Source: Lama glama (Eukaryota). Taken from it: a stretch of DNA of 64,000 bases. The stretch covers positions 58,282,001-58,346,000 of the forward strand of contig CM052817.1 in assembly GCA_028534125.1 (NCBI GenBank). The letters run 5' to 3'. The position numbers and the translations under genes were made by a program. The notes beneath the pieces are model-generated. The model saw only the letters and a program-made list of their open reading frames with translations. It was not told where the DNA came from and did not search any database. Below, piece after piece: positions 27,347-39,032 of the stretch. The first letter of the stretch is position 1, and every line of letters starts with the position of its first letter.

Positions 27347-28330
27347 TTTTTAACTTTTTTAATTGGGTAATAGTCATTTTACAATGTTGTGTCAAATTCC
27401 AGTGTAGAGCACAATTTTTGAGTTATACATGAACATACATATATTCATTGTCACATTTGTTTTTTCACTGTGAGCTACCACAAGATCTTGAATATATTTC
27501 TCTGTGCTATACAGTATAATTTTGTTTATCTAGTCTACATTTAAAATCCCAGTCTGTCCCTTCCCACACTCCACCCTTTTGGCAACCAGAAGTTTGTATT
27601 CTATGTCTGAGTCTGTTTCTGTTTTGTATTTATGTTCTTTTTTTTTTTTTTTTTTTTTAGATTCCACATATGAGTGATCTCATATGGTATTTTTCTTTCT
27701 CTTTCTGGCTTACTTCACTTAGAATGACATTCTCCAGGAACATCCATGTTGCTACAAATGGCATTATGTTGTCGGTTTGTGTGGCTGAATAGCATTCCAT
27801 TGTATAAATATACCACATCTTCTTTATCCAGTTATCTGTTGATGGACATTTAGGCAGTTTCCATGTCTTGGCTATTGTAAATAGTGCTGCTATGAACACT
27901 GGGGTGCAGGTGTCATTTTGAAGTAGGGTTCCTTTTGGATATATGCCCAGGAGTGGGATTGCTGAGTCATATGGTAAGTCTATTCCTAGTCTTTTGAGGA
28001 ATCTCAGTACTGTTTTCCACAGTGGGTTTCCTTGCTTCCCTCTCCCACTCTTAATGATTTAGATGTCTTCTGTTACAATTTTGTGTTTATTCTATTTGGA
28101 ATTCATGGTAGTTATCACTTTTCCAGTTAAGAGTTTCTCATTTTTGTAGCAAGCTGCTTCTTTTCTATTTAGAGTAGATCTGTCAATATTTCTTTTAGCA
28201 TGGGTTTAGTGTTGCTCAACTCTTTTAGTTTTTGCTTGTCTGTGAAGTTCTTTATCTCTTCTTCTGTTCCAAAGGATAGCCTTGCTGGATAGAGTATCCT
28301 AGGCTGCATCTTCTTTTAATGCAGGACTTC
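27347..28330 (-). mobile_element. Young L1 with ORF1 end and spacer fused to ORF2 3' end; 14-bp TSD
   Basis: TSD TGTTATTTTTCTTT at 27333-27346 and 28331-28344. ORF1 C-terminus QPRILYPARLSFGTEEEIKNFTDKQKLKELSNTKPMLKEILTDLL* (28330-28169, -). ORF2 end FIAALFTIAKTWKLPKCPS. Junction at 28025/28026. Confidence 0.93.
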
Positions 28331-28919
28331 TGTTATTTTTCTTTATAATTAGGTCATTTATTTTGTGGTTAATGGCTTTAAGAAATGTAATCAGGTCTGT
28401 ATTTTTAAAAATGTGAAATAATGGCACAAATGAGGCATATTTTATTGAGAACATTCATTCTCCCACTTTGATAGATAATTCTCCATGGGTCTCTAATGTT
28501 TTTCGATGTCTTGTGAGCAAAGTCACTTTGTTTGTTACAGACTGTCTTTTCAAGGGTATTTATATAGAGAACAACCTTAAATGATATAGTGCCTCCCTTT
28601 GGAATTAAGGGCAGGCCTGTTTACTATCCTTTGCAAAATGCTCAAGTTTTTAAGTTCAGGGTTCCTCTCCTATAATGCAGCCCAATGTATGTGCAGATGT
28701 CACCTGGCCCCTTTTCCATTTTCCTGTTGGAATTCAGGCTCAGAACTGGCATAAGAAAGTGCTAATCTTCTGGATATGACCATAATTGTGAGTAATGAAG
28801 TTCTATGTCTCTGACAAGGAATCTTATGGCTTCTGTGAGCATCCACGAAACTGTGGCAGGCTGACTTGTTAGCTTCTAAGTAATGTAAAATCTTAAACCC
28901 TTAATAATTTTTGACAACT

Positions 28920-28938
28920 TGGACTATGAGGGTGAGAT
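28920..28938 (+). promoter_or_regulatory. Degenerate primer-binding site, tRNA-Ser(GCU)-like
   Basis: TGGACTATGAGGGTGAGAT, 3 nt after the LTR end, aligns to TGGCGACGAGGATGGGAT with one insertion and 4 mismatches. Confidence 0.5.
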
Positions 28939-30131
28939 GCTGACAAAAACTTTATTTTTGGGTGAGGATAACTAGGGTTGATGAACAAAATTTGAGGAAA
29001 GTCTACAAGAATTGGTAGCAAATGTGTTGACCAGATTATATGGCCAACCAGGCAATAAATGGTCCTCTACTTCATTGTATTTTTATAAGGAGGAATTGGA
29101 AAGGTTGATATACAATGCTAATGAAGGAGACCAACTGGAGAATGAGACACTGACCCCCAAAGTTCGAGATAAATTCTTTTATTTAGTCTTCTACCCAAGA
29201 TAATTCCCCTAACCTTCATAATGACATCAGATGAGAACTTAAGAGATGTTATGATAATGGGGAGCAAGTGCTAATCAATTATGTGGACTCCTTAAAAAAA
29301 AATTGCTGCTGTAAGAGTCAAGCCCAAGTCAGCCAAAAGAAACAGATCTGTGGCCCTTACAGGAAAGTGATGTGACTGTGACAGTAAAGGGTCTTTAAGT
29401 CTGACATAGGGTGGTTTAGTCATGACGATTCTGTCACTTGATATTATGGTTTGGAAATCTAGTTGATTCACAAGCCACTGCGACATCACTAAAAACTGAA
29501 AGTAGGTGAGAAGACTTGTTTAATGACATGGAGCCTTGCCCCAGCCTAAGTAGCTCTAAGGAGAAACATAGTATTACACGAGACCAAAGTCTCCCTGTTT
29601 CCAAGGGTTAACAAAGACCATACTGATCCATCTGAGTATGTTGAGGAACTTAAAGGAGGAAAGGTCTTCAACTTTTATGGTTCTGTTGGCTATAGATATT
29701 CAAGTCACTTTCCTCCTCAGGGCTGTATGGTGTAGAGACACCAAAATTCAATTGGTGGGATTTGGGAAAGGCTCTCGAAGAGCAAGGGAGCTAATGTGAT
29801 CTTTTGGGCAAGGCTATTTGGGAAAATCCAGTGTTTTGTTTTTGTTGCTGTCACATCTGAATATATAGTAGAAAACTGATTTGTTATATGCATGTTTTTC
29901 CGTGTCCTGTAAGTGCCAGGGAAAAGTTGCTCGATAATAATAGCTCATGTAGAAAAGTGCTCATCCCTTTGGGGTACTACAGCTCAATTATTCCTCTGAG
30001 CTAAAATTTCTAGAACTGATGATTTTGCCAATTAGAGGATCTGGCAAAGGGAGGGAGCCTCCGCCTGATTTTTTTGTTCCTTGGGGTTTTAGACTTGTTG
30101 CCTCCTAATAGGGTTACCAGGCACTCCTTTT

Positions 30132-30525
30132 TTTAATTCTTATTTTTTATTGAATTGTAGTTGATTTACAGTGTTAGTTTTATGTGTACAGCAAAGAGAT
30201 CCAGTTATACATATATATATATATACACATATTTTTTTCAGATTCTTTTCCATTACAGCTCATTACAAGAAATTGAATATAGTTCCCTGTGCTATACAGT
30301 AGGTCCTTGTTGTTTATCTATTTTATATATAGTAATGTGTATTTATTAATCCTAAACTCCCAATCTGTCCCTCCTCACTCCCCTTCCCCCTGGTAACCAC
30401 AGGTTGTTTTCTATGTCCATGAGTCTATTCATTGTTTGTAAATAAAATTTGTGTGTGTATATATATGTGTGTATATGTATGTATACACACACACACACAC
30501 ACACATACACATACACATTTTTTAG
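30132..30525 (-). mobile_element. Cetartiodactyl-type L1 3'UTR inserted into the ERV pol remnant; includes a (TA)/(CA)n microsatellite
   Basis: TSD CAGGCACTCCTTTT at 30118-30131 and 30526-30539; T-tail then L1 3'UTR. Confidence 0.92.
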
Positions 30526-31137
30526 CAGGCACTCCTTTTAGAAAGCAACTATTAGATTGCTACTGAGCTCTTGTCAAAATTCAATGTCTGTCTCATGAAG
30601 GTCTTGTGATTCTTTGGCAGTCCCTCCAAACAAGGACTGAATTCAATAATTTGAACTCTATTGTGGACCCAAAGCTTGCCAGCCACCTTGAAATCCACGT
30701 TAGAGGCACTGTCTACCTGTTCTCCTCCTCTGCGGAGGATTTATGATTATTAAAAACACTTTTGTTCCAGGAGTGCCGTATGTGGCCCTGGTACTATACT
30801 TTTTTTTTTATAGAGGTAAGGAATTATTTCTCTTCTGAAAACACATACATTATAGGGGTGGTCATAATTGACCATCAAGTATTTAAGGAGACACAACCAG
30901 TAGATCGTGTAGCCCTCAGATGGCTGTAGAGATTGCTCCAAAATTAGATTGCCTGTGGTTACTGAGAGTTTTTTCAAGGAGAATTAGGTGACTTGTTATT
31001 ACTGTGCACTTCATGTGCAGTTATCCATACAATGGGGATCACCAGTTCAAGCAAGGGGTCCAAATTCTTTCCCTGCCTTCAACGGCAATGATCCATGATG
31101 GATGGGTCTTTGACTCATGAAAGCATTCAGCTGTTTC

Positions 31138-31430
31138 AACTCACTGATCAGGGTAGCTATGCATGACAAATTTGCCCTGGACTTTGTCCTTGCCTGCTAA
31201 GGCTGAGTCTGTGCAATCTTTAATACTTCCTGCTATAGATGGGTTAATATCTTGGGTCAAGTGGAAATGTCAATACAGAAAGCAACCTGGCTTTTAAGGC
31301 AGTCCCTGATCAGTTGTAGGATTTTTTTCAGCTGTCTGGGTCTGTGACCCCGGGGGACATGATTGAGTTCAATTCTTGCAAGTCAGTCTCATATTGCTGA
31401 CTCTTGTTAGTAGCATTAATTAAATACTCT
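31138..31430 (+). pseudogene. Retroviral env transmembrane-subunit remnant (gamma-type: ISD and CX6CC-like motif)
   Basis: Frame from 31138: NSLIRVAMHDKFALDFVLAC*G*VCAIFNTSCYRWVNILGQVEMSIQKATWL, followed by a frameshifted hydrophobic membrane-anchor-like stretch. Confidence 0.85.
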
Positions 31431-32149
31431 ATGGGACAAATTGGATGGTTTTAGTCTCAGCCTCTGTCAGTCAAATTAATCAGAGCAGCCAACAGGATGT
31501 TGTAGTGATGGGAAATGTCTCCAAAAATTAATACCTCATAGTTGGATATTGTTAAGACACAATATTCTCTATGGAGCTCTCGTCCTTCTGTACCTCTTGC
31601 AAGCAGAGGCACTCACTCCCTTTGTGCCACAATATTTTTTTAAGGATTGTTTTAGTGGATAGACTTGGAAGATGCGGTGTCTTATTCCAAAACTAATGGT
31701 AGGTATGCTTACTGCTCATTATCAAAGATTTGCATCTAACCTGCACCTCCCAAATGGGGTTTGTCTCCTACAGTACAACCTAGTGCATGTACACGTATCA
31801 CCTTGCTCTCTTTGTGCTAAGTTGTGGGAACTGGCGCTTAGGAAATCATCACCAAAAACAAGCTGACACTCTGGCTATTGCTATTGGTGTGAGTAATAAA
31901 GTTTTTTGTGTCCAACCCTAGAGTCTTATGACTTCTAGCAATTGTGAACCTGTGGTGGACTATCCTACAGATAGGCTAAAATCTTAGATACTTCACATAC
32001 ACTTCTTCACAGACATTATGTTTACAGTTATAAAATTATATTGATGTATTTTTGAAGCTAATTTTCAAAGAGGGTTTATATCCTACTAATATTTATGACT
32101 AGGCAGTAAAATTTTATTTTTATTAAAATTTAGTTCCATAAAATGTTTT

Positions 32150-32660
32150 GCTCTTCAAAATCTGAACATGTGCCAAACTACCAGTCAACACTATACATTG
32201 CTGGTATAATTAGGTGAAAATGCTAGATAAATTGTAATCTGGGTAGCAGATTCCTAAATAATTTTAATGAAAAATGGACTATATCAGGAACATATGAATA
32301 CAAAAGAACTGTGTCCAAGGAAAACATCAGTAGCACATAAAAATGTTAATTTGTTAAAAAAAATAACATCTGAGAGATGGAATTAAACCAAATAACCAGA
32401 AAATTCATAGGAAGTAAATATTGCTAAAATTTTAATAATAGAACTTAAATTAGCCAACATGTGAATATCATATTCTAAGGTGTAGGAAACCCAATGTAAC
32501 TCAATGTAATATTTCCTAATACACTGATAGTAACTGAGATGAATGTTTTTACAGGGATTAATGAAATACACCAACAATTGTGGAAATTAATTGTGGATGG
32601 AAAATTTCCATATGAACTATTTGTAACTTTTTTTAATTATAAATATTTTTCGTGAAAATG
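32150..32660 (+). mobile_element. Old L1ME-like 3' fragment
   Basis: catatcattctaaggtgtaggaaacccaatgtaactcaatg…tgaactatttgtaacttttttt resembles an L1ME 3' end. Confidence 0.5.
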
Positions 32661-33878
32661 GGGTAAATAATAGAAATAGTATCATTATCTTTTTTTCTGT
32701 CACAGTATTTTCTTTCAACTCTAATTTCCCCTTTCCATTTAGCTCTGATTTCTTATCAGTGAATTCTGTTATACGTTCGTTCATTCATTCAGTTGGCAAA
32801 TATTATTTAAATAAGTATTATTCATTGAGCTACACTGTTCAGGTATTTATGGTATTGTTTAGAATTTCATAATTTCAAGTTTCTAGAAAATCCTACGTCT
32901 GCTGGCTTTGACAGCTAAAACACATACCTGGCTTGGTAACTATAATTAATAATAATATTTTAAAAAACGTTGTACAGTTTTCTTTTAGCATTTTACCCTA
33001 ATAACAAATGTGAGCAGGACTGATTGTTTCCATTTGACAGAGGAAGAATCTAAATGGTTTAGAAGAAGTGTTCCAAAGCTAGGTTGCACAAATTAGAATT
33101 TTACAAAAAAACTTTTGTTTCCTCTCACTGTGCTCTACATACAGTTGGCAGATGATAGAATGGATTAAAGTATGTCTAATTGCAATATAGTAATCTTTAT
33201 ATCTTAGTGGCTTTTGAAAATTACAATTTAAGGCTGGATCTGACTGAAACAGTATTGAGGACATAAGCTCATTTAATTCTAAACTCTGGGATATCCCAAA
33301 TATACCTAAGATAATGTATCTTGATTTTGCAGCTTAGAATTGCAGAGTAAATCAAGAAATATTTTAGTGTGGAAAATTTGGACCTGCTTTCAGAGATAGT
33401 TGTCTAGGTTATTGTTATTACCAAAATAGTACATCATAGATTTGCAGAACACATTTGACTATTGCAATAGAGACATGGATTCTTGTGCCAATTTCTATTC
33501 CTGAAGTCTCTCTATAAAGAAAAGTAGTAAATCCTATAATTTAAATATATAGTAACTTGATTCTTGCCACATGTCTCAGTATTTATGGATATCATTTAAA
33601 ATGTGCAAAGAAAAAAGAATAAGTTGAATTCATAAGATTTGAACCACAGTATAAAATACCCCTCAGGAAGTTGTACACGAAGTATTTTGCCAGTATGAGT
33701 GTCAATATTGCCAAGGATAAAAAGAGAGTAATAGAGACCTGCTAAAATAAATAAAATATAGGAACACAAGACTGTTTCAGGTTTATTGCAGAGGAACAAT
33801 CATTAGGGAATTACAAAACTTAAAGACAAAATTAGAAGAATGGGGGTATAGGAAATAAGAGTTAAAAAGTGAGAATTT

Positions 33879-34050
33879 ATTAGTTAGGATAGATTGGGCT
33901 ATGGGGTGTTAAGAAATAAATCATGAAAAATCTGAGTGGCTCAAACATAATACAAATTTATTTCTTGCTCACACAAAATTCAGCGTGGTTCTGGCAACTC
34001 TCCAGGACAGCCTTTCTTCATGTTATGACTCAGACTCTTGTTCCATTTTG
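33879..34050 (-). mobile_element. MaLR (MLT1-type) LTR fragment
   Basis: tagttaggatagattgggctatg…aatctgagtggctcaaacataatacaaatttatttcttgctcacac. Confidence 0.6.
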
Positions 34051-37000
34051 TACTCTTCTTATAAAAATAAGTACAATTAAATAAATCTTTCAGGTACTAA
34101 TTTTTATTTAAAATGTAGTATCGTATTACTTAATTGTTGTCATTAATGATCTTTATGTTCAAGGCACTCAATATGTTGTTACTATTTGTGTCTTCATAAA
34201 GATTTATATTAATTTTTGAATGTTTGCCTACTTATTATATGTGGAAAGATACATTTAGCTTCAATTGAAATTGCTTTTCCCACCCAGATACATTTGAATT
34301 CTTTAATTTTCATAACCATTCAAATTATTTTTTCTACTATTTTATTTTGGAATCTCTTTTGAAATGTGCTTGTATTATATTTTCTGAAAATATTTTAACT
34401 AACTTCAAGTTTCCATTACTTAGATCTAGCCATGTGAGAAAAATTTGTCATTGTCCATTCCTTTAAAACTTTTAATTGACAACCATTCCCCATCTCCTTC
34501 ATTTTCTAGGTGAGAATTAGAGTTTAATATATGATGGAGTGACTTCCTAAAGGTCAGACACTTAATCAATGGCCAATTCATTCAGGAAGTGAGAGATATT
34601 GTGTCCCCCTCTATGCTCCCGAAGAATTTGTTGTTTAATAAGGGTAATAAATAATTAAAGAACTGATTGTAATGCATGCAAAGTGCTAAAACAGAAATAA
34701 ATATAAATGGTATGAGAGCACAGAGGAAGGCACCTAGCTCAGCCCAAAGAGTTGGAAACTGATGGCTCACAGGACTGTTGGCCAAGCCATAGTCAACACA
34801 GCAGGAGCAGAGGAACTAACAATGATAAAACTTGTGCCATTTGTGGGCAAGGACTGTTATATGATGGCAAGTAGTTGTGGCCTGAAAGCAAGTTTGGGAA
34901 ATCAGTACTATCTGGCCAACACTACATACTTGTGTGGTGATTAGCATGTGAGATAACTGGGGCAGAAGGTAATGACCAGGTAGAACTTCATTTTAACATC
35001 CTGAATAACTTTGGGTTATTCATTCTAAGATATAAAAGACTTTTAATTTCATTATTCTCCAAGACTTTCCTCAACTTTATGAAATGAATAGTCTGAGTCT
35101 TTTAGAAACAATGATACATTTTATGGTGAAAACTATAGCTTCATAAAAAGACAAAGGCTGATTTCATATTTACTTTGCATTTATATAGGTGTGTTTTTTT
35201 ATAATATGCAAACAAATTAAGACATAATGTATCAAGAGTTTTTTTTTTTAAATAAGTTTACCACAAAGTATCATGGTTTACATGGAATTAATAATGATAA
35301 TTTTATTTCATAAATGTAATAATATAGTTGTTATAAAAGAAAAAGAAAAGAGGCAGATGCACATAATGAATGCATTTTAGGTGTGTGGTCATAGAAATAA
35401 ATCTTTATTTGTAATCATAATAATGAAAGGAAAATGAGTTGCCAGAGGAAAAAAAAGTGTATAGTAATACTGTATTGTAAAGGAAATGTAATTTTATTTA
35501 AAAATCAACTTATTTAGTTGATATTTCTCTGTACTTATTTTCTTTAATCCTCATCATTATTTATATACCTTCAACCATTATACTATAAATTCCATTAACT
35601 TATACATTTAGTTGAATCAATTGGTTTGTATCAATGGACGTTGAATACTACACTAGATTTTTGTTGATTATAAAGCACTTCATTTACTTGGAATTTCTTT
35701 ATAGTCCAGTTATATGTAGTAAAAACTTGTGAATGGTTGAGCAGGATAAAATATTCAAATTTTGTCTTTAATTTTGTAAGTGATTTATGTAAAATCAAGG
35801 CATTTGTCTAAATATTGTGTTAATCTAACCAGGGGGATGAATTCATTGAAAATCTTTATATCAAATAAATAAGTTAACAAACATGCCAAATGAAAGAAAT
35901 GAACCAATTCTATTCTGACTTGATTCTCATCTAACTGTAATTATTTCTCTGATTGCATCCTAGTGATATTTTCTTGTTCTCTAATTTTTAGATGAAGTTT
36001 AATGTTGACATGTATTTGATATTTAGGAATATTTTTATTTTGTGTTTTATGTGTTTTTATTATATAGTATATGTCAACATTGTGTTTTTTAAACTAATTT
36101 TTCAAAGGCTAGAAAATGGGACTGTATACCTTTATAGATCACAGTAGGTATTTAAGCAATAAAGAAATTTCTTTTGATCGTAAAGCACTTCTGAACTGGT
36201 TATGTTCATATATTAATATTGCTGAAATGTTTGTCCTTCTTTCTCTCAAATGATGTAATACTATTCTTATTGTAGTTGTTAAAATATAATTCTTTATACC
36301 ACATAAAGGAATATAAATTTAATCTTTCAAATAGATAGGAAGTTCTAATTTTAATAAGAAAAAAAAGATACTCCAGTTGCTTGTGGTGTGCTGCTTCTGC
36401 CTGTGCAGTTGTATTTCTTTGTACCTTAATACAAAGTACATTAATACAAAAATAATTCAGTAAGTGGAATTATATTGCTTTTCAACATAGCTCTGAGATG
36501 ATACTTTTAACAAATGAAATATGAAAAGTATTTAAATAACTATGGATTTCTCATTAAGCCAGAAAATGCTCTAAACTATATCCTATACTTTTCTACTCAA
36601 CAAGTTCAAAATCCAAGACAGTTTGTTACTTGCATTGTACCTGACTTACTGAAGGTTCCCAATAAATAATTATTGATTTAATTAAATTATTAATATATTC
36701 AGGACTGTGCTAAGTGCTATAGGAACTGCAAAAGGAGAATAATTGCACCATATTTACTTTCAAAATGATGTAAATAAAAATACTATTATAAGCCACATGG
36801 AAAGAAATCAATGTTAGTAATTCATGTGATTAACAGAAATTAATGTTAACCACATGAAGATGAGAGAGTCTTCATAAAGGGAATAGAGTGTTAGTTGGAT
36901 TTTGATGGAAGTTTAAATAAAATAAATTTGGTTCAACTTACAACTGTGTAAAAGGAAGAAAATATCAGGGAAAATTTGAAAAGTTAGACTTTTTTTTAAC

Positions 37001-37320
37001 ATCATCAAACAGCATAGTGAAGGATCATTTGTATGTGAAAGGATTTCCAGACAGGGACAGTACATTATCATGAATGATTTGCTCTCTTTTTACAAAAAAG
37101 TGAATCATGGCTCAAAAAAGTCAGTTAACTTGTTTGAGATTCCATAGAAAATAGCAAAAATGGGAGCATACCAGTTTGGGAAGTTTTAAAGAAACCAGTC
37201 TAGACTTCTTTTTCAAAACTGTACATTCTCATTTATGTCCCAACATCAAGTAAAATGCTAATAGCCTTTAAAAATAGTAGGTCTTGATATTTAAGGATTC
37301 TTTTCAGTATCTCTGAAGAT

Positions 37321-37350
37321 CACACACACACACACACACTCACACGCACT
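37321..37350. repeat. (CA)n microsatellite
   Basis: cacacacacacacacacactcacacgcact. Confidence 0.9.
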
Positions 37351-38391
37351 CATGTTATATGAAGGGAAGCTTAATGTAGAAACTTTTATTCTTCAGGCAA
37401 ATATATCTTTAAATCTTGATTCTGCCGCTTTTTGTGTCATGGTCAAGGTATTTAATTTTTATAACCTTTAAGTTTTTCATCCATAAACCATTGCATGCCT
37501 TTCTGGCTGTTAGGATCCATTAGCAATTTGTTTTTTTTTTTTTTTTTTACAATGAGTTCTTAGCAGTGTGGATAGGATGATTTTCCTAAAATGTCTATTT
37601 AAGCATGTCATTTGTTAGTGATTTCTAAATCCCTTACCTGCCTGAAAGTTATGATCAGATGACCTGGACTGCATACCTCTTGTACCCCCTCACCTCACCT
37701 GTGTGCTCCAACCATTCCAGCCTTCTCTCTGCCCTACTAAAATGTCAATCTCACATCCATTTTAGATGATTTCGGTATACTTTTTCTCTGTTGACTATGT
37801 TTTCCTTTCAGTTTGCATATGAGTGCTTATAATTCATGATTTGGCCTTTATGACACCTTTACAAAGGTCTTCCTTGCCTTCCTCATGTAGAGTAGATGCC
37901 TTCTACAACCAGTAAATATCATGTTAATCTTGTTTTAAAATAGCATATATCAGTTTTTTGTTTGCATATTTATTGTCTAGGTTAGGAAACTTTTCTCTTT
38001 AGTTCGTTGTTCTTAATTAAGTACTGTTTGTGGCAACTGTTAAGCCTTCAATAAATATTGTTGAACAAGGGACTAAATTGATTTTTGTTACCATAAATAT
38101 GAGTCCAACATGGAAAATTGGAAGAAAAGATGTAAAAAATAACCAATAAGTCTTTAACTCAGACAGTATATACATTATAGTATGTATTATCTTAGTGAAT
38201 TACTTGTTAATGTACTATTAAAAAGTAAACATTGATTTAAAAAAAACTCATAATGATACTCCTTCAGATATGGCTCTGGCATCTGACAAAGTAGAGAAAA
38301 AATTATATGATTTTTTTTTGTATTTGAGTTAAATAATTTAAGACTAAATTAGATCATAAGCTATGCATTGTCTATGGAAACACAGTATATG

Positions 38392-39032
38392 TGTAGTGAA
38401 CAGTGAACTGTGCTTTGCCCAAAGTAATGTCTTGCCTTTACCTTCAGGTTCTAAGAGATAATTTATGTCATATCTGGTAGGAATATCTTTGTCTAGAGTC
38501 CAGGGCTAACCACACTGGATCTCAGAGTGGAGCTGGATCAAAAAACATCAGAGTGGGGCCAGGCCATATCAGAAAGATCAGCCATATGATTTAGAGTGAG
38601 AGCTTCAGGTCATTTATTGTCAGATAGTTTTGAGGCTGAGAGCAAGCATTTAGGCAGTCAATCAGTCCATCAGTCATACCTGTATAATGAAGTTCCAATA
38701 AAAACTCTAGACACCAAAGCTTCAGTGAGCTTCCTTTATTGCCAATACTCTGCTTGTGTTGTTACATATCAATGCTGGGAGAGTAATATGTCACGTGTAC
38801 AAGGGAAGCTTTGCGTTTGGAACCCTCCCAGGCTCTACGCATCTCTTCTCTTGGCTAATTTTTGAACTGTACACTTTCCCTATAATAAATCATATTGATT
38901 TTAGTGAGTTCAGTGACTTATTGTACTTGAAGGTGTTTTTGTGAACCCACTACACTTGCTGTTGGTGTCAGAAGTCAGAGAAGTTTTGGAGACTGTGCCC
39001 TTAGACTTTGCAGTTTGGCTAACTCTGGGTAG
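38392..39032 (+). mobile_element. MER21-like ERVL LTR with tRNA-Leu-type PBS remnant
   Basis: Diagnostic ccaataaaaactctagacaccaaagcttcagtgagcttcct, gaagctttgcgtttggaaccctcccagg, and TGGTGTCAGAAGT at 38963-38975. Confidence 0.8.

Larger units (their letters stand above)
28469..32011 (+). mobile_element. Decayed, internally deleted two-LTR endogenous retrovirus (LTR40/HERVL40-like) with pro, pol and env remnants
   Basis: 5'LTR ~28469-28916 and 3'LTR 31550-32011 are homologous. PBS-like sequence at 28920. Protease-like TFMVLLAIDIQVT at 29671. ERV-L pol motif TPFRKQLLDCY*ALVK at 30531. Env TM motif at 31138-31293. Confidence 0.85.

Noticed and set aside
36001..36081. Hairpin with arms aatgttgacat/atgtcaacatt as a pre-miRNA
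   Set aside because: Only 11 perfect bp, with a long unpaired T-rich loop; not a pre-miRNA geometry.
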